NCBI GenBank assembly: GCA_043228905.1 | Contig: JBHGNT010000016.1 | Span: 124,001-188,000, forward strand | Origin: Azolla caroliniana | Lineage: Eukaryota > Plantae > Polypodiophyta | DNA length: 64,000 bases | Reading direction: 5' to 3' | In this document: piece after piece, positions 23,801 through 38,400 of the stretch | Position numbering within the stretch: position 1 is the stretch's first letter | Layout of the letters: every line of letters starts with the position of its first letter | Position numbers and translations under genes: made by a program | The notes under the pieces: generated by a model | The model's database searches: none | Told to the model about the DNA's origin: nothing | The model's input: the letters and a program-made list of their open reading frames with translations, nothing else

Positions 23801-26800
23801 CGTTGTTAGCTTCGATTCGCGTGTTTGAACACAGAAATCCGATAGCACACGAGCTAGGTATGAACATTTTAATTTACTAACACGCTGTTCTCCACTACCT
23901 CCTCAAATTTGCTAATTTCTTCATGTCTCTCAACCTAATTTTAAAAATCTTGATTTTTTAATTCCATAACATAGCTAGCGTTGTTAGCTTCGATTCGCAT
24001 GTTTGAACACAGAAATCCGGTATCACACGAGCCTGGTATGAACATTTTAATTTACTAACGTGCTCTTCTCCACTACGTCCTCAAATTTGCTAATTTCTTC
24101 ATGTCTCTCGACCTGAGTTTCAAAATCTTGATATTTTAATTCCATAACATAGCTAGCGTTGTTAGCTTCGATTCGCATGTTTGAACACAGAAATCCGGTA
24201 TCACACGAGCCACGGATGAACATTTTAATTTACCTACTAGCGCTTGTCAACTCCTTCCTCAAATTTGCTAATTTCTTCATGTCTCTCGACCTGAGTTTCA
24301 AAATCTTGATTTTTGAATTCCATAACATAGCTAGCGTTGTTAGCTTCGATTCGCATATTTGAATACAAAAATCCGATTTCCCACGAGCCACGGATGAACA
24401 TTTTAATTTACCTACTAGCGCTTGTCAACTCCCTCCTCAAATTTGCTAATTTCTTCATGTCTCTTGACCTGAGTTTCAAAATCTTGATTAATTAATTCTA
24501 TAACATAGCTAGCATTGTTAGCTTCAATTCGCATGTTTGAACACAGAAATACGATATCACACGAGCTAGGTATGAACATTTTAATTTACTAACGTGCTCT
24601 TCTCCACTACCTCCTCAAATTTGCTAATTTCTTCATGTCTCTCAACCTAATTTTAAAAATCTTGATTTTTTAATTCCATATCAGAGCTAGCGTTGTTAGC
24701 TTCAATTCGCATGTTTGAACACAGAAATCCGAAATCACACGAGCTAGGTATGAACATTTTAATTTACTAACGCGCTCTTCTCCACTACGTCCTCAAATTT
24801 GCTAATTTCTTCATGTCTCTCCACCTAAGTTTAAAAATCTTGATTTTTTAATTCCATAACATAGCTAGCATTGTTAGCTTCGATTTGCATGTTTGAACAC
24901 AGAAATCCGGTATCACACGAGCCTGGTATGAACATTTCATTTACTAACGCGCTCTTCTCCACTACCTCCTCAAATTTGCTAATTTCTTCATGTCTCTCGA
25001 CCTGAGTTTCAAAATTTTGATTTTTTAATTCCATAACATAGCTAGCGCTGTTAGCTTCGATTCACATGTTTGAACACACAAATCCGATATCACACGAGCC
25101 ACGGATGAACATTTTAATTTACCTACTAGCGCTTGTCAACTCCCTCCTCAAATTTGCTAATTTCTTCATGTCTCTCGACCTGAGTTTCAAAATCTTGATT
25201 TTTTAATTCCATAACATAGCTAGCGTTGTTAGCTTCGATTCGCATGTTTGAACACAGAAATCCGGTATCACACGAGCCTGGTATGAACATTTTAATTTTC
25301 TAACGCGCTCTTCTCCACTACGTCCTCAAATTTGCTAATTTCTTCATGTCTCTCGACCTGAGTTTCAAAATCTTGATTTTTTAATTCCATAACATAGCTA
25401 GCGTTGTTAGCTTCGATTCGCCTGTTTGAATACAAAAATCCGATATCCCACGAGCTAGGTATGAACATTTTAATTTACTAACGTGCTCTTCTCCACTACC
25501 TCCTCAAATTTGCTAATTTCTTCATGTCTCGCAACCTAATTTTCAAAATCTTGATTTTTTAATTCCATATCAGAGCTAGCGTTGTTAGCTTCGATTCGCG
25601 TGTTTGAACACAGAAATCCGATAGCACACGAGCTAGGTATGAACATTTTAATTTACTAACACGCTGTTCTCCACTACCTCCTCAAATTTGCTAATTTCTT
25701 CATGTCTCTCGACCTGAGTTTCAAAATCTTGATTTTTTAATTCCATAACATAGCTAGCGTTGTTAGCTTCGATTCGCATGTTTGAACACAGAAATCCGGT
25801 ATCACACGAGCCTGGTATGAACATTTTAATTTACTAACGCGCTCTTCTCCACTACGTCCTCAAATTTGCTAATTTCTTCATGTCTCTCGACCTGAGTTTC
25901 AAAATCTTGATTTTTTAATTCCATAACATAGCTAGCGCTGTTAGCTTCGATTCACATGTTTGAACACAAAAATCCGATATCACACGAGCCACGGATGAAC
26001 ATTTTAATTTACCTACTAGCGCTTGTCAACTCCTTCCTCAAATTTGCTAATTTCTTCATGTCTCTCGACCTGAGTTTTAAAATCTTGATTTTTGAATTCC
26101 ATAACATAGCTAGCGTTGTTAGCTTCGATTCGCATATTTGAATACAAAAATCCGATTTCCCACGAGCCACGGATGAACATTTTAATTTACCTACTAGCGC
26201 TTGTCAACTCCCTCCTCAAATTTGCTAATTTCTTCATGTCTCTTGACCTGAGTTTCAAAATCTTGATTAATTAATTCTATAACATAGCTAGCATTGTTAG
26301 CTTCAATTCGCATGTTTGAACACAGAAATACGATATCACACGAGCTAGGTATGAACATTTTAATTTACTAACGTGCTCTTCTCCACTACCTCCTCAAATT
26401 TGCTAATTTCTTCATGTCTCTCAACCTAATTTTAAAAATCTTGATTTTTTAATTCCATATCAGAGCTAGCGTTGTTAGCTTCAATTCGCAGGTTTGAACA
26501 CAGAAATCCGAAATCACACGAGCTAGGTATGAACATTTTAATTTACTAACGCGCTCTTCTCCACTACGTCCTCAAATTTGCTAATTTCTTCATGTCTCTC
26601 CACCTAAGTTTAAAAATCTTGATTTTTTAATTCCATAACATAGCTAGCATTGTTAGCTTCGATTTGCATGTTTGAACACAGAAATCCGGTATCACACGAG
26701 CCTGGTATGAACATTTCATTTACTAACGCGCTCTTCTCCACTACCTCCTCAAATTTGCTAATTTCTTCATGTCTCTCGACCTGAGTTTCAAAATCTTGAT

Positions 26801-28600
26801 TTTTTAATTCCATATTAGAGCTAGCGTTGTTAGCTTCGATTCGCATGTTTGAACATAGAAATCTGATATCACACGAGCCACGGATGAACATTTTAATTTA
26901 CCTACTAGCGCTTGTCAACTCCCTCCTCAAATTTGCTAATTTCTTCATGTCTCTCGACCTGAGTTTCAAAATCTTGATTTTTTAATTCCATAACATAGCT
27001 AGCGTTGTTAGCTTCGATTCGCATGTTTGAACACAGAAATCCGGTATCACACGAGCCTGGTATGAACATTTTAATTTTCTAACGCGCTCTTCTCCACTAC
27101 GTCCTCAAATTTGCTAATTTCTTCATGTCTCTCGACCTGAGTTTCAAAATCTTGATTTTTTAATTCCATAACATAGCTAGCGTTGTTAGCTTCGATTCGC
27201 CTGTTTGAATACAAAAATCCGATATCCCACGAGCTAGGTATGAACATTTTAATTTACTAACGTGCTCTTCTCCACTACCTCCTCAAATTTGCTAATTTCT
27301 TCATGTCTCGCAACCTAATTTTCAAAATCTTGATTTTTTAATTCCATATCAGAGCTAGCGTTGTTAGCTTCGATTCGCGTGTTTGAACACAGAAATCCGA
27401 TAGCACACGAGCTAGGTATGAACATTTTAATTTACTAACACGCTGTTCTCCACTACCTCCTCAAATTTGCTAATTTCTTCATGTCTCTCGACCTGAGTTT
27501 CAAAATCTTGATTTTTTAATTCCATAACATAGCTAGCGTTGTTAGCTTCGATTCGCATGTTTGAACACAGAAATCCGGTATCACACGAGCCTGGTATGAA
27601 CATTTTAATTTACTAACGCGCTCTTCTCCACTACGTCCTCAAATTTGCTAATTTCTTCATGTCTCTCGACCTGAGTTTCAAAATCTTGATTTTTTAATTC
27701 CATAACATAGCTAGCGCTGTTAGCTTCGATTCACATGTTTGAACACAAAAATCCGATATCACACGAGCCACGGATGAACATTTTAATTTACCTACTAGCG
27801 CTTGTCAACTCCTTCCTCAAATTTGCTAATTTCTTCATGTCTCTCGACCTGAGTTTCAAAATCTTGATTTTTGAATTCCATAACATAGCTAGCGTTGTTA
27901 GCTTCGATTCGCATATTTGAATACAAAAATCCGATTTCCCACGAGCCACGGATGAACATTTTAATTTACCTACTAGCGCTTGTCAACTCCCTCCTCAAAT
28001 TTGCTAATTTCTTCATGTCTCTTGACCTGAGTTTCAAAATCTTGATTAATTAATTCTATAACATAGCTAGCATTGTTAGCTTCAATTCGCATGTTTGAAC
28101 ACAGAAATACGATATCACACGAGCTAGGTATGAACATTTTAATTTACTAACGTGCTCTTCTCCACTACCTCCTCAAATTTGCTAATTTCTTCATGTCTCT
28201 CAACCTAATTTTAAAAATCTTGATTTTTTAATTCCATATCAGAGCTAGCGTTGTTAGCTTCAATTCGCATGTTTGAACACAGAAATCCGAAATCACACGA
28301 GCTAGGTATGAACATTTTAATTTACTAACGCGCTCTTCTCCACTACGTCCTCAAATTTGCTAATTTCTTCATGTCTCTCCACCTAAGTTTAAAAATCTTG
28401 ATTTTTTTATTCCATAACATAGCTAGCATTGTTAGCTTCGATTTGCATGTTTGAACACAGAAATCCGGTATCACACGAGCCTGGTATGAACATTTCATTT
28501 ACTAACGCGCTCTTCTCCACTACCTCCTCAAATTTGCTAATTTCTTCATGTCTCTCGACCTGAGTTTCAAAATTTTGATTTTTTAATTCCATAACATAGC
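14850..28600. repeat. 10-monomer HOR domain (1779 bp) with 6-, 9- and 12-mer variants and a 3558-bp super-period
   Basis: Marker monomer starts at 15816, 17417, 19196, 20263, 22398, 24177, 25956, 27735 (spacings 1601, 1779, 1067, 2135, 1779, 1779, 1779; each n x178-1). Offsets 21273 to 24831 and 23052 to 26610 are 3558. Confidence 0.9.
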
Positions 28601-31600
28601 TAGCGCTGTTAGCTTCGATTCACATGTTTGAACACAAAAATCCGATATCACACGAGCCACGGATGAACATTTTAATTTACCTACTAGCGCTTGTCAACTC
28701 CTTCCTCAAATTTGCTAATTTCTTCATGTCTCTCGACCTGAGTTTCAAAATCTTGATTTTTTAATTCCATAACATAGCTAGCGTTGTTAGCTTCGATTCG
28801 CATGTTTGAACACAGAAATCCGGTATCACACAAGCCTGGTATGAACATTTCATTTACTAACGCGCTCTTCACCACTACCTCCTCAGATTTGCTAATTTCT
28901 TCATGTCTCTCGACCTGAGTTTCAAAATTTTGATTTTTTAATTCCATAACATAGCTAGCGCTGTTAGCTTCGATTCACATGTTTGAACACAAAAATCCGA
29001 TATCACACGAGCCACGGATGAACATTTTAATTTACCTACTAGCGCTTGTCAACTCCTTCCTCAAATTTGCTAATTTCTTCATGTCTCTCGACCTGAGTTT
29101 CAAAATCTTGATTTTTTAATTCCATAACATAGCTAGCGTTGTTTGCTTCGATTCGCATGTTTGAACACAGAAATCCGGTATCACACAAGCCTGGTATGAA
29201 CATTTCATTTACTAACGCGCTCTTCTCCACTACCTCCTCAAATTTGCTAATTTCTTCATGTCTCTCGACCTGAGTTTCGAAATCTTGATTTTTTAATTCC
29301 ATAACATAGCTAGCGTTGTTAGCTTCGATTCGCATGTTTGAACACAGAAATCCGGTATCACACAAGCCTGGTATGAACATTTCATTTACTAACGCGCTCT
29401 TCTCCACTACCTCCTCAGATTTGCTAATTTCTTCATGTCTCTCGACCTGAGTTTCAAAATTTTGATTTTTTAATTCCATAACATAGCTAGCGCTGTTAGC
29501 TTCGATTCACATGTTTGAACACAAAAATCCGATATCACACGAGCCACGGATGAACATTTTAATTTACCTACTAGCGCTTGTCAACTCCTTCCTCAAATTT
29601 GCTAATTTCTTCATGTCTCTCGACCTGAGTTTCAAAATCTTGATTTTTTAATTCCATAACATAGCTAGCGTTGTTTGCTTCGATTCGCATGTTTGAACAC
29701 AGAAATCCGGTATCACACAAGCCTGGTATGAACATTTCATTTACTAACGCGCTCTTCTCCACTACCTCCTCAAATTTGCTAATTTCTTCATGTCTCTCGA
29801 CCTGAGTTTCAAAATTTTGATTTTTTAATTCCATAACATAGCTAGCGCTGTTAGCTTCGATTCACATGTTTAAACACAAAAATCCGATATCACACGAGCC
29901 ACGGATGAACATTTTAATTTACCTACTAGCGCTTGTCAACTCCTTCCTCAAATTTGCTAATTTCTTCATGTCTCTTGACCTGAGTTTCAAAATCTTGATT
30001 TTTTAATTCCATAACATAGCTAGCGTTGTTAGCTTCGATTCGCATGTTTGAACATAGAATTCCGGTATCACACGAGCCTGGTATGAACATTTTAATTTAC
30101 TAACGCGCTCTTCTCCACTACGTCCTCAAATTTGCTAATTTCTTCATGTCTCTCGACCTGAGTTTCAAAATCTTGATTTTTTAATTCCATAACATAGCTA
30201 GCGTTGTTAGCTTCGATTCGCATGTTTGAATACAAAAATCCGATATCCCACGAGCCACGGATGAACATTTTAATTTACCTACTAGCGGTTGTCAACTCCT
30301 TCCTGAAATTTGCTAATTTCTTCATGTCTCTCGACATGAGTTTCAAAATCTTGATTTTTTAATTCCATATCAGAGCTAGCGTTGTTAGCTTCGATTCGCA
30401 TGTTTGAACACAGAAATCTGATATCACACGAGCTAGGTATGAACATTTTAATTTACTAACGCGCTCTTCTTCACTACCTCCTCAAATTTGCTAATTTCTT
30501 CATGTCTCTCGGCCTGAGTTTCAAAATCTTGATTTTTTAATTCCATAACATAGCTAGCGTTGTTAGCTTTGATTCGCATGTTTGAACACAAAAATCCGAT
30601 ATCACACGAGCTAGGTATGAACATTTTAATTTTCTAACGCGCTCTTCTCCAGTACCTCCACAAATTTGCTAATTTCTTCATGTCTCTCGACCTGAGTTTC
30701 AAAATCTTGATTTTTTAATTCCATAACATACCTAGCGTTGTTAGCTTCGATTCGCATGTTTGAACACAGAAATCCGGTATCACACGAGCCTGGTATGAAC
30801 ATTTTCATTTACTAACGCGCTCTTCTCCACTACCTCCTCAAATTTGCTAATTTCTTCATGTCTCTCGACCTGAGTTTCAAAATCTTGATTTTTGAATTCC
30901 ATAACATAGCTAGCGCTGTTAGCTTTGATTCACATGTTTGAACACAAAAATCCGATATCACACGAGGCACGGATGAACATTTTAATTTACCTACTAGCGC
31001 TTGTCAACTCCTTCCTCAAATTTGCTAATTTCTTCATGTCTCTCGACCTGAGTTTCAAAATCTTGATTTTTTAATTCCATAACATAGCTAGCGTTGTTAG
31101 CTTCGATTCGCATGTTTGAACACAGAAATCCGGTATCACACGAGCCTGTTATGAACATTTTAATTTACTAACGCGCTCTTCTCCACTACGTCCTCAAATT
31201 TGCTAATTTCTTCATGTCTCTCGACCTGAGTTTCAAAATCTTGATTTTTTAATTCCATAATATAGCTAGCGTTGTTAGCTTCGATTCGCATGTTTGAATA
31301 CAAAAATCCGATATCCCACGAGCCACGGATGAACATTTTAATTTACCTACTAGCGCTTGTCAACTCCCTCCTCAAATTTGCTAATTTCTTCATGTCTCTT
31401 GACCTGAGTTTCAAAATCTTGATTAATTAATTCCATAACATAGCTAGCATTGTTAGGTTCAATTCGCATGTTTGAACACAGAAATCCGATATCACACGAG
31501 CTAGGTATGAACATTTTAATTTACTAACGTGCTCTTCTCCACTACCTCCTCAAATTTGCTAATTTCTTCATGTCTCTCAACCTAATTTTAAAAATCTTGA

Positions 31601-34600
31601 TTTTTTAATTCCATATTAGAGCTAGCGTTGTTAGCTTCAATTCGCATGTTTGAACACAGAAATCCGAAATCACACGAGCTAGGTATGAACATTTTAATTT
31701 ACTAACGTGCTCTTCTCCACTACCTCCTCGAATTTGCTAATTTCTTCATGTCTCTCAACCTAATTTTAAAAATATTGATTTTTTAATTCCATATCAGAGC
31801 TAGCGTTGTTAGCTTCGATTCGCATGTTTGAACACAAAAATCCGATATCACACGAGCCTGGTATGAACATTTTAATTTACTAACGCGCTCTTCTCCACTA
31901 CGTCCTCAAATTTGCTAATTTCTTCATGTCTCTCCACCTAAGTTTAAAAATCTTGATTTTTTAATTCCATAACATAGCTAGCATTGTTAGCTTCGATTTG
32001 CATGTTTGAACACAGAAATCCGGTATCACACGAGCCTGGTATGAACATTTTAATTTACTAACGCGCTCTTCTCCACTAGCTCCTCAAATTTGCTAATTTC
32101 TTCATGTCTCTCAACCTAATTTTAAAAATATTGATTTTTTAATTCCATATCAGACGAGCCACGGATGAACATTTTAATTTACCTACTAGCGCTTGTCAAC
32201 TCCTTCCTCAAATTTGCTAATTTCTTCATGTCTCTCGACCTGAGTTTCAAAATCTTGATTTTTTAATTCCATAACATAGCTAGCGTTGTTAGCTTCGATT
32301 CGCATGTTTGAACACAGAAATCCGGTATCACACGAGCTTGGTATGAACATTTTAATTTACTAACGTGCTCTTCTCCACTACGTCCTCAAATTTGCTAATT
32401 TCTTCATGTCTCTCGACCTGAGTTTCAAAATCTTCATTTTTTAATTCCATAACATAGCTAGCGTTGTTAGCTTCGATTCGCATGTTTGAATACAAAAGTG
32501 CGATATCCCACGAGCCACGGATGAACATTTTAATTTACCTACTAGCGCTTGTCAACTCCCTCCTCAACGCGCTCTTCTCCACTACCTCCTCAAATTTGCT
32601 AATTTCTTCATGTCTCTCGACCTGAGTTTCAAAATCTTGATTTTTGAATTCGATAACATAGCTAGCGCTGTTAGCTTCGATTCACATGTTTGAACACAAA
32701 AATCCGATATCACACAAGTCACGGATGAACATTTTAATTTACCTACTAGCGCTTGTCAATTCCCTCCTCAAATTTGCTAATTTCTTCATGTCTCTCGACC
32801 TGAGTTTCAAAATCTTGATTTTTTAATTCCATATTAGAGCTAGCGTTGTTAGCTTCGATTCGCATGTTTGAACATAGAAATCTGATATCACACGAGCCAC
32901 GGATGAACATTTTAATTTACCTACTAGCGCTTGTCAACTCCCTCCTCAAATTTGCTAATTTCTTCATGTCTCTCGACCTGAGTGTCAAAATCTTGATTTT
33001 TTAATTCCATAACATAGCTAGCGTTGTTAGCTTCGATTCGCATGTTTGAACACAGAAATCCGGTATCACACGAGCCTGGTATGAACATTTTAATTTTCTA
33101 ACGCGCTCTTCTCCACTACGTCCTCAAATTTGCTAATTTCTTCATGTCTCTCGACCTGAGTTTCAAAATTTTGATTTTTTAATTCCATAACATAGCTAGC
33201 GCTGTTAGCTTCGATTCACATGTTTGAACACAAAAATCCGATATCACACGAGCCACGGATGAACATTTTAATTTACCTACTAGCGCTTGTCAACTCCTTC
33301 CTCAAATTTGCTAATTTCTTCATGTCTCTCGACCTGAGTTTCAAAATCTTGATTTTTTAATTCCATAACATAGCTAGCGTTGTTTGCTTCGATTCGCATG
33401 TTTGAACACAGAAATCCGGTATCACACAAGCCTGGTATGAACATTTCATTTACTAACGCGCTCTTCACCACTACCTCCTCAGATTTGCTAATTTCTTCAT
33501 GTCTCTCGACCTGAGTTTCAAAATTTTGATTTTTTAATTCCATAACATAGCTAGCGCTGTTAGCTTCGATTCACATGTTTGAACACAAAAATCCGATATC
33601 ACACGAGCCACGGATGAACATTTTAATTTACCTACTAGCGCTTGTCAACTCCTTCCTCAAATTTGCTAATTTCTTTATGTCTCTCGACCTGAGTTTCAAA
33701 ATCTTGATTTTTTAATTCCATAACATAGCTAGCGTTGTTTGCTTCGATTCGCATGTTTGAACACAGAAATCCGGTATCACACAAGCCTGGTATGAACATT
33801 TCATTTACTAACGCGCTCTTCTCCACTACCTCCTCAAATTTGCTAATTTCTTCATGTCTCTCGACCTGAGTTTCAAAATTTTGATTTTTTAATTCCATAA
33901 CATAGCTAGCGCTGTTAGCTTCGATTCACATGTTTAAACACAAAAATCCGATATCACACGAGCCACGGATGAACATTTTAATTTACCTACTAGCGCTTGT
34001 CAACTCCTTCCTCAAATTTGCTAATTTCTTCATGTCTCTTGACCTGAGTTTCAAAATCTTGATTTTTTAATTCCATAACATAGCTAGCGTTGTTAGCTTC
34101 GATTCGCATGTTTGAACATAGAATTCCGGTATCACACGAGCCTGGTATGAACATTTTAATTTACTAACGCGCTCTTCTCCACTACGTCCTCAAATTTGCT
34201 AATTTCTTCATGTCTCTCGACCTGAGTTTCAAAATCTTGATTTTTTAATTCCATAACATAGCTAGCGTTGTTAGCTTCGATTCGCATGTTTGAATACAAA
34301 AATCCGATATCCCACGAGCCACGGATGAACATTTTAATTTACCTACTAGCGGTTGTCAACTCCTTCCTGAAATTTGCTAATTTCTTCATGTCTCTCGACC
34401 TGAGTTTCAAAATCTTGATTTTTTAATTCCATATCAGAGCTAGCGTTGTTAGCTTCGATTCGCATGTTTGAACACAGAAATCTGATATCACACGAGCTAG
34501 GTATGAACATTTTAATTTACTAACGCGCTCTTCTTCACTACCTCCTCAAATTTGCTAATTTCTTCATGTCTCTCGGCCTGAGTTTCAAAATCTTGATTTT

Positions 34601-35405
34601 TTAATTCCATAACATAGCTAGCGTTGTTAGCTTTGATTCGCATGTTTGAACACAAAAATCCGATATCACACGAGCTAGGTATGAACATTTTAATTTTCTA
34701 ACGCGCTCTTCTCCAGTACCTCCACAAATTTGCTAATTTCTTCATGTCTCTCGACCTGAGTTTCAAAATTTTGATTTTTTAATTCCATAACATAGCTAGC
34801 GCTGTTAGCTTCGATTCACATGTTTGAACACAAAAATCCGATATCACACGAGCCACGGATGAACATTTTAATTTACCTACTAGCGCTTGTCAACTCCCTC
34901 CTCAAATTTGCTAATTTCTACATGTCTCTCGACCTGAGTTTCAAAATCTTGATTTTTTAATTCCATAACATAGCTAGCGCTGTTAGCTTCGATTCGCATG
35001 TTTGAACACAGAAATCCGGTATCATACGAGCCACGGATGAACATTTTAATTTAGGTACTAGCGCTTGTCAACTCCCTCCTCAAATTTGCTAATTTCTTCA
35101 TGTCTCTCGACCTGAGTTTTAAAATCTTGATTTTTTAATTCCATAACATAGCTAGCGCTGTTAGCTTCGATTCACATGTTTGAACACAAAAATCCGGTAT
35201 CACACGAGCCACGGATGAACATTTCAATTTACCTACTAGCGCTTGTCAACTCCTTCCTCAAATTTGCTAATTTCTTCATGTCTCTCCACCTAAGTTTAAA
35301 AATCTTGATTTTTTAATTCCATAACATAGCTAGCATTGTTAGCTTCGATTTGCATGTTTGAACACAGAAATCCGGTATCACACGAGCCTGGTATGAACAT
35401 TTTAA

Positions 35406-35426
35406 TTTAGGGTTTAGGGTTTAGGG
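35406..35426 (+). repeat. (TTTAGGG)3 insert, copy 2 (followed by variant aattgac)
   Basis: Read directly from the sequence; same monomer position as copy 1. Confidence 0.95.
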
Positions 35427-38400
35427 TTTAATTGACTAACGCGCTCTTCTCCACTACCTCCTCAAATTTGCTAATTTCTTCATGTCTCTCGACCTGAGTT
35501 TCAAAATCTTGATTTTTTAATTCCATAACATAGCTAGCACTGTTAGCTTCGATTCACATGTTTGAACACAAAAATCCGATATCACACGAGCCACGGATGA
35601 ACATTTTAATTTACCTACTAGCGCTTGTCAACTCCTTCCTCAAATTTGCTAATTTCTTCATGTCTCTCGACCTGAGTTTAGAAATCTTGATTTTTTAATT
35701 CCATAACATAGCTAGCGTTGTTAGCTTCGATTCGCATGTTTGAACACAGAAATCCGGTATCACACGAGCCTGGTATGAACATTTTAATTTACTAACGCGC
35801 TCTTCTCCACTACGTCCTCAAATTTGCTAATTTCTTCATGTCTCTCGACCTGAGTTTCAAAATCTTGATTTTTTAATTCCATAACATAGCTAGCGCTGTT
35901 AGCTTCGATTCACATGTTTGAACACAAAAATCCGATATCACACGAGCCACGGATGAACATTTTAATTTACCTACTAGCGCTTGTCAACTCCTTCCTCAAA
36001 TTTGCTAATTTCTTCATGTCGCTCGACCTGAGTTTCAAAATCTTGATTTTTGAATTCCATAACATAGCTAGCGTTGTTAGCTTCGATTCGCATATTTGAA
36101 TACAAAAATCCGATATCCCACGAGCCACGGATGAACATTTTAATTTACCTACTAGCGCTTGTCAACTCCCTCCTCAAATTTGCTAATTTCTTCATGTCTC
36201 TTGACCTGAGTTTCAAAATCTTGATTAATTAATTCTATAACATAGCTAGCATTGTTAGCTTCAATTCGCATGTTTGAACACAGAAATACGATATCACACG
36301 AGCTAGGTATGAACATTTTAATTTACTAACGTGCTCTTCTCCACTACCTCCTCAAATTTGCTAATTTCTTCATGTCTCTCAACCTAATTTTAAAAATCTT
36401 GATTTTTTAATTCCATAACATAGCTAGCGTTGTTAGCTTCAATTCGCATGTTTGAACACAGAAATCCGAAATCACACGAGCTAGGTATGAACATTTTAAT
36501 TTACTAACGCGCTCTTCTCCACTACGTCCTCAAATTTGCTAATTTCTTCATGTCTCTCCACCTAAGTTTAAAAATCTTGATTTTTTAATTCCATAACATA
36601 GCTAGCATTGTTAGCTTCGATTTGCATGTTTGAACACAGAAATCCGGTATCACACGAGCCTTGTATGAACATTTCATTTACTAACGCGCTCTTCTCCACT
36701 ACCTCCTCAAATTTGCTAATTTCTTCATGTCTCTCGACCTGAGTTTCAAAATTTTGATTTTTTAATTCCATAACATAGCTAGCGCTGTTAGCTTCGATTC
36801 GCATGTTTGAACACAGAAATCCGGTATCACACGAGCCTGGTATGAACATTTTAATTTACTAACGCGCTCTTCTCCACTACGTCCTCAAATTTGCTAATTT
36901 CTTCATGTCTCTCGACCTGAGTTTCAAAATCTTGATTTTTTAATTCCATAACATAGCTAGCGCTGTTAGCTTCGATTCACATGTTTGAACACAAAAATCC
37001 GATATCACACGAGCCACGGATGAACATTTTAATTTACCTACTAGCGCTTGTCAACTCCTTCCTCAAATTTGCTAATTTCTTCATGTCTCTCGACCTGAGT
37101 TTCAAAATCTTGATTTTTGAATTCCATAACATAGCTAGCGTTGTTAGCTTCGATTCGCATATTTGAATACAAAAATCCGATTTCCCACGAGCCACGGATG
37201 AACATTTTAATTTACCTACTAGCGCTTGTCAACTCCCTCCTCAAATTTGCTAATTTCTTCATGTCTCTTGACCTGAGTTTCAAAATCTTGATTAATTAAT
37301 TCTATAACATAGCTAGCATTGTTAGCTTCAATTCGCATGTTTGAACACAGAAATACGATATCACACGAGCTAGGTATGAACATTTTAATTTACTAACGTG
37401 CTCTTCTCCACTACCTCCTCAAATTTGCTAATTTCTTCATGTCTCTCGACCTGAGTTTCAAAATCTTGATTTTTTAATTCCATAACATAGCTAGCGTTGT
37501 TAGCTTCGATTCGCATGTTTGAACACAGAAATCCGGTATCACACGAGCTTGGTATGAACATTTTAATTTACTAACGCGCTCTTCTCCACTACGTCCTCAA
37601 ATTTGCTAATTTCTTCATGTCTCTCCACCTAAGTTTAAAAATCTTGATTTTTTAATTCCATAACATAGCTAGCATTGTTAGCTTCGATTTGCATGTTTGA
37701 ACACAGAAATCCGGTATCACACGAGCCTGGTATGAACATTTCATTTACTAACGCGCTCTTCTCCACTACCTCCTCAAATTTGCTAATTTCTTCATGTCTC
37801 TCGACCTGAGTTTCAAAATTTTGATTTTTTAATTCCATAACATAGCTAGCGCTGTTAGCTTCGATTCACATGTTTGAACAGAAAAATCCGATATCACACG
37901 AGCCACGGATGAACATTTTAATTTACCTACTAGCGCTTGTCAACTCCTTCCTGAAATTTGCTAATTTCTTCATGTCTCTCGACCTGAGTTTCAAAATCTT
38001 GATTTTTTAATTCCATAACATAGCTAGCGTTGTTAGCTTCGATTCGCATGTTTGAACACAGAAATCCGGTATCACACAAGCCTGGTATGAACATCTCATT
38101 TACTAACGCGCTCTTCTCCACTACCTCCTCAGATTTGCTAATTTCTTCATGTCTCTCGACCTGAGTTTCAAAATTTTGATTTTTTAATTCCATAACATAG
38201 CTAGCGCTGTTAGCTTCGATTCACATGTTTGAACACAAAAATCCGATATCACACGAGCCACGGATGAACATTTTAATTTACCTACTAGCGCTTGTCAACT
38301 CCTTCCTCAAATTTGCTAATTTCTTCATGTCTCTCGACCTGAGTTTCAAAATCTTGATTTTTTAATTCCATAACATAGCTAGCGTTGTTTGCTTCGATTC

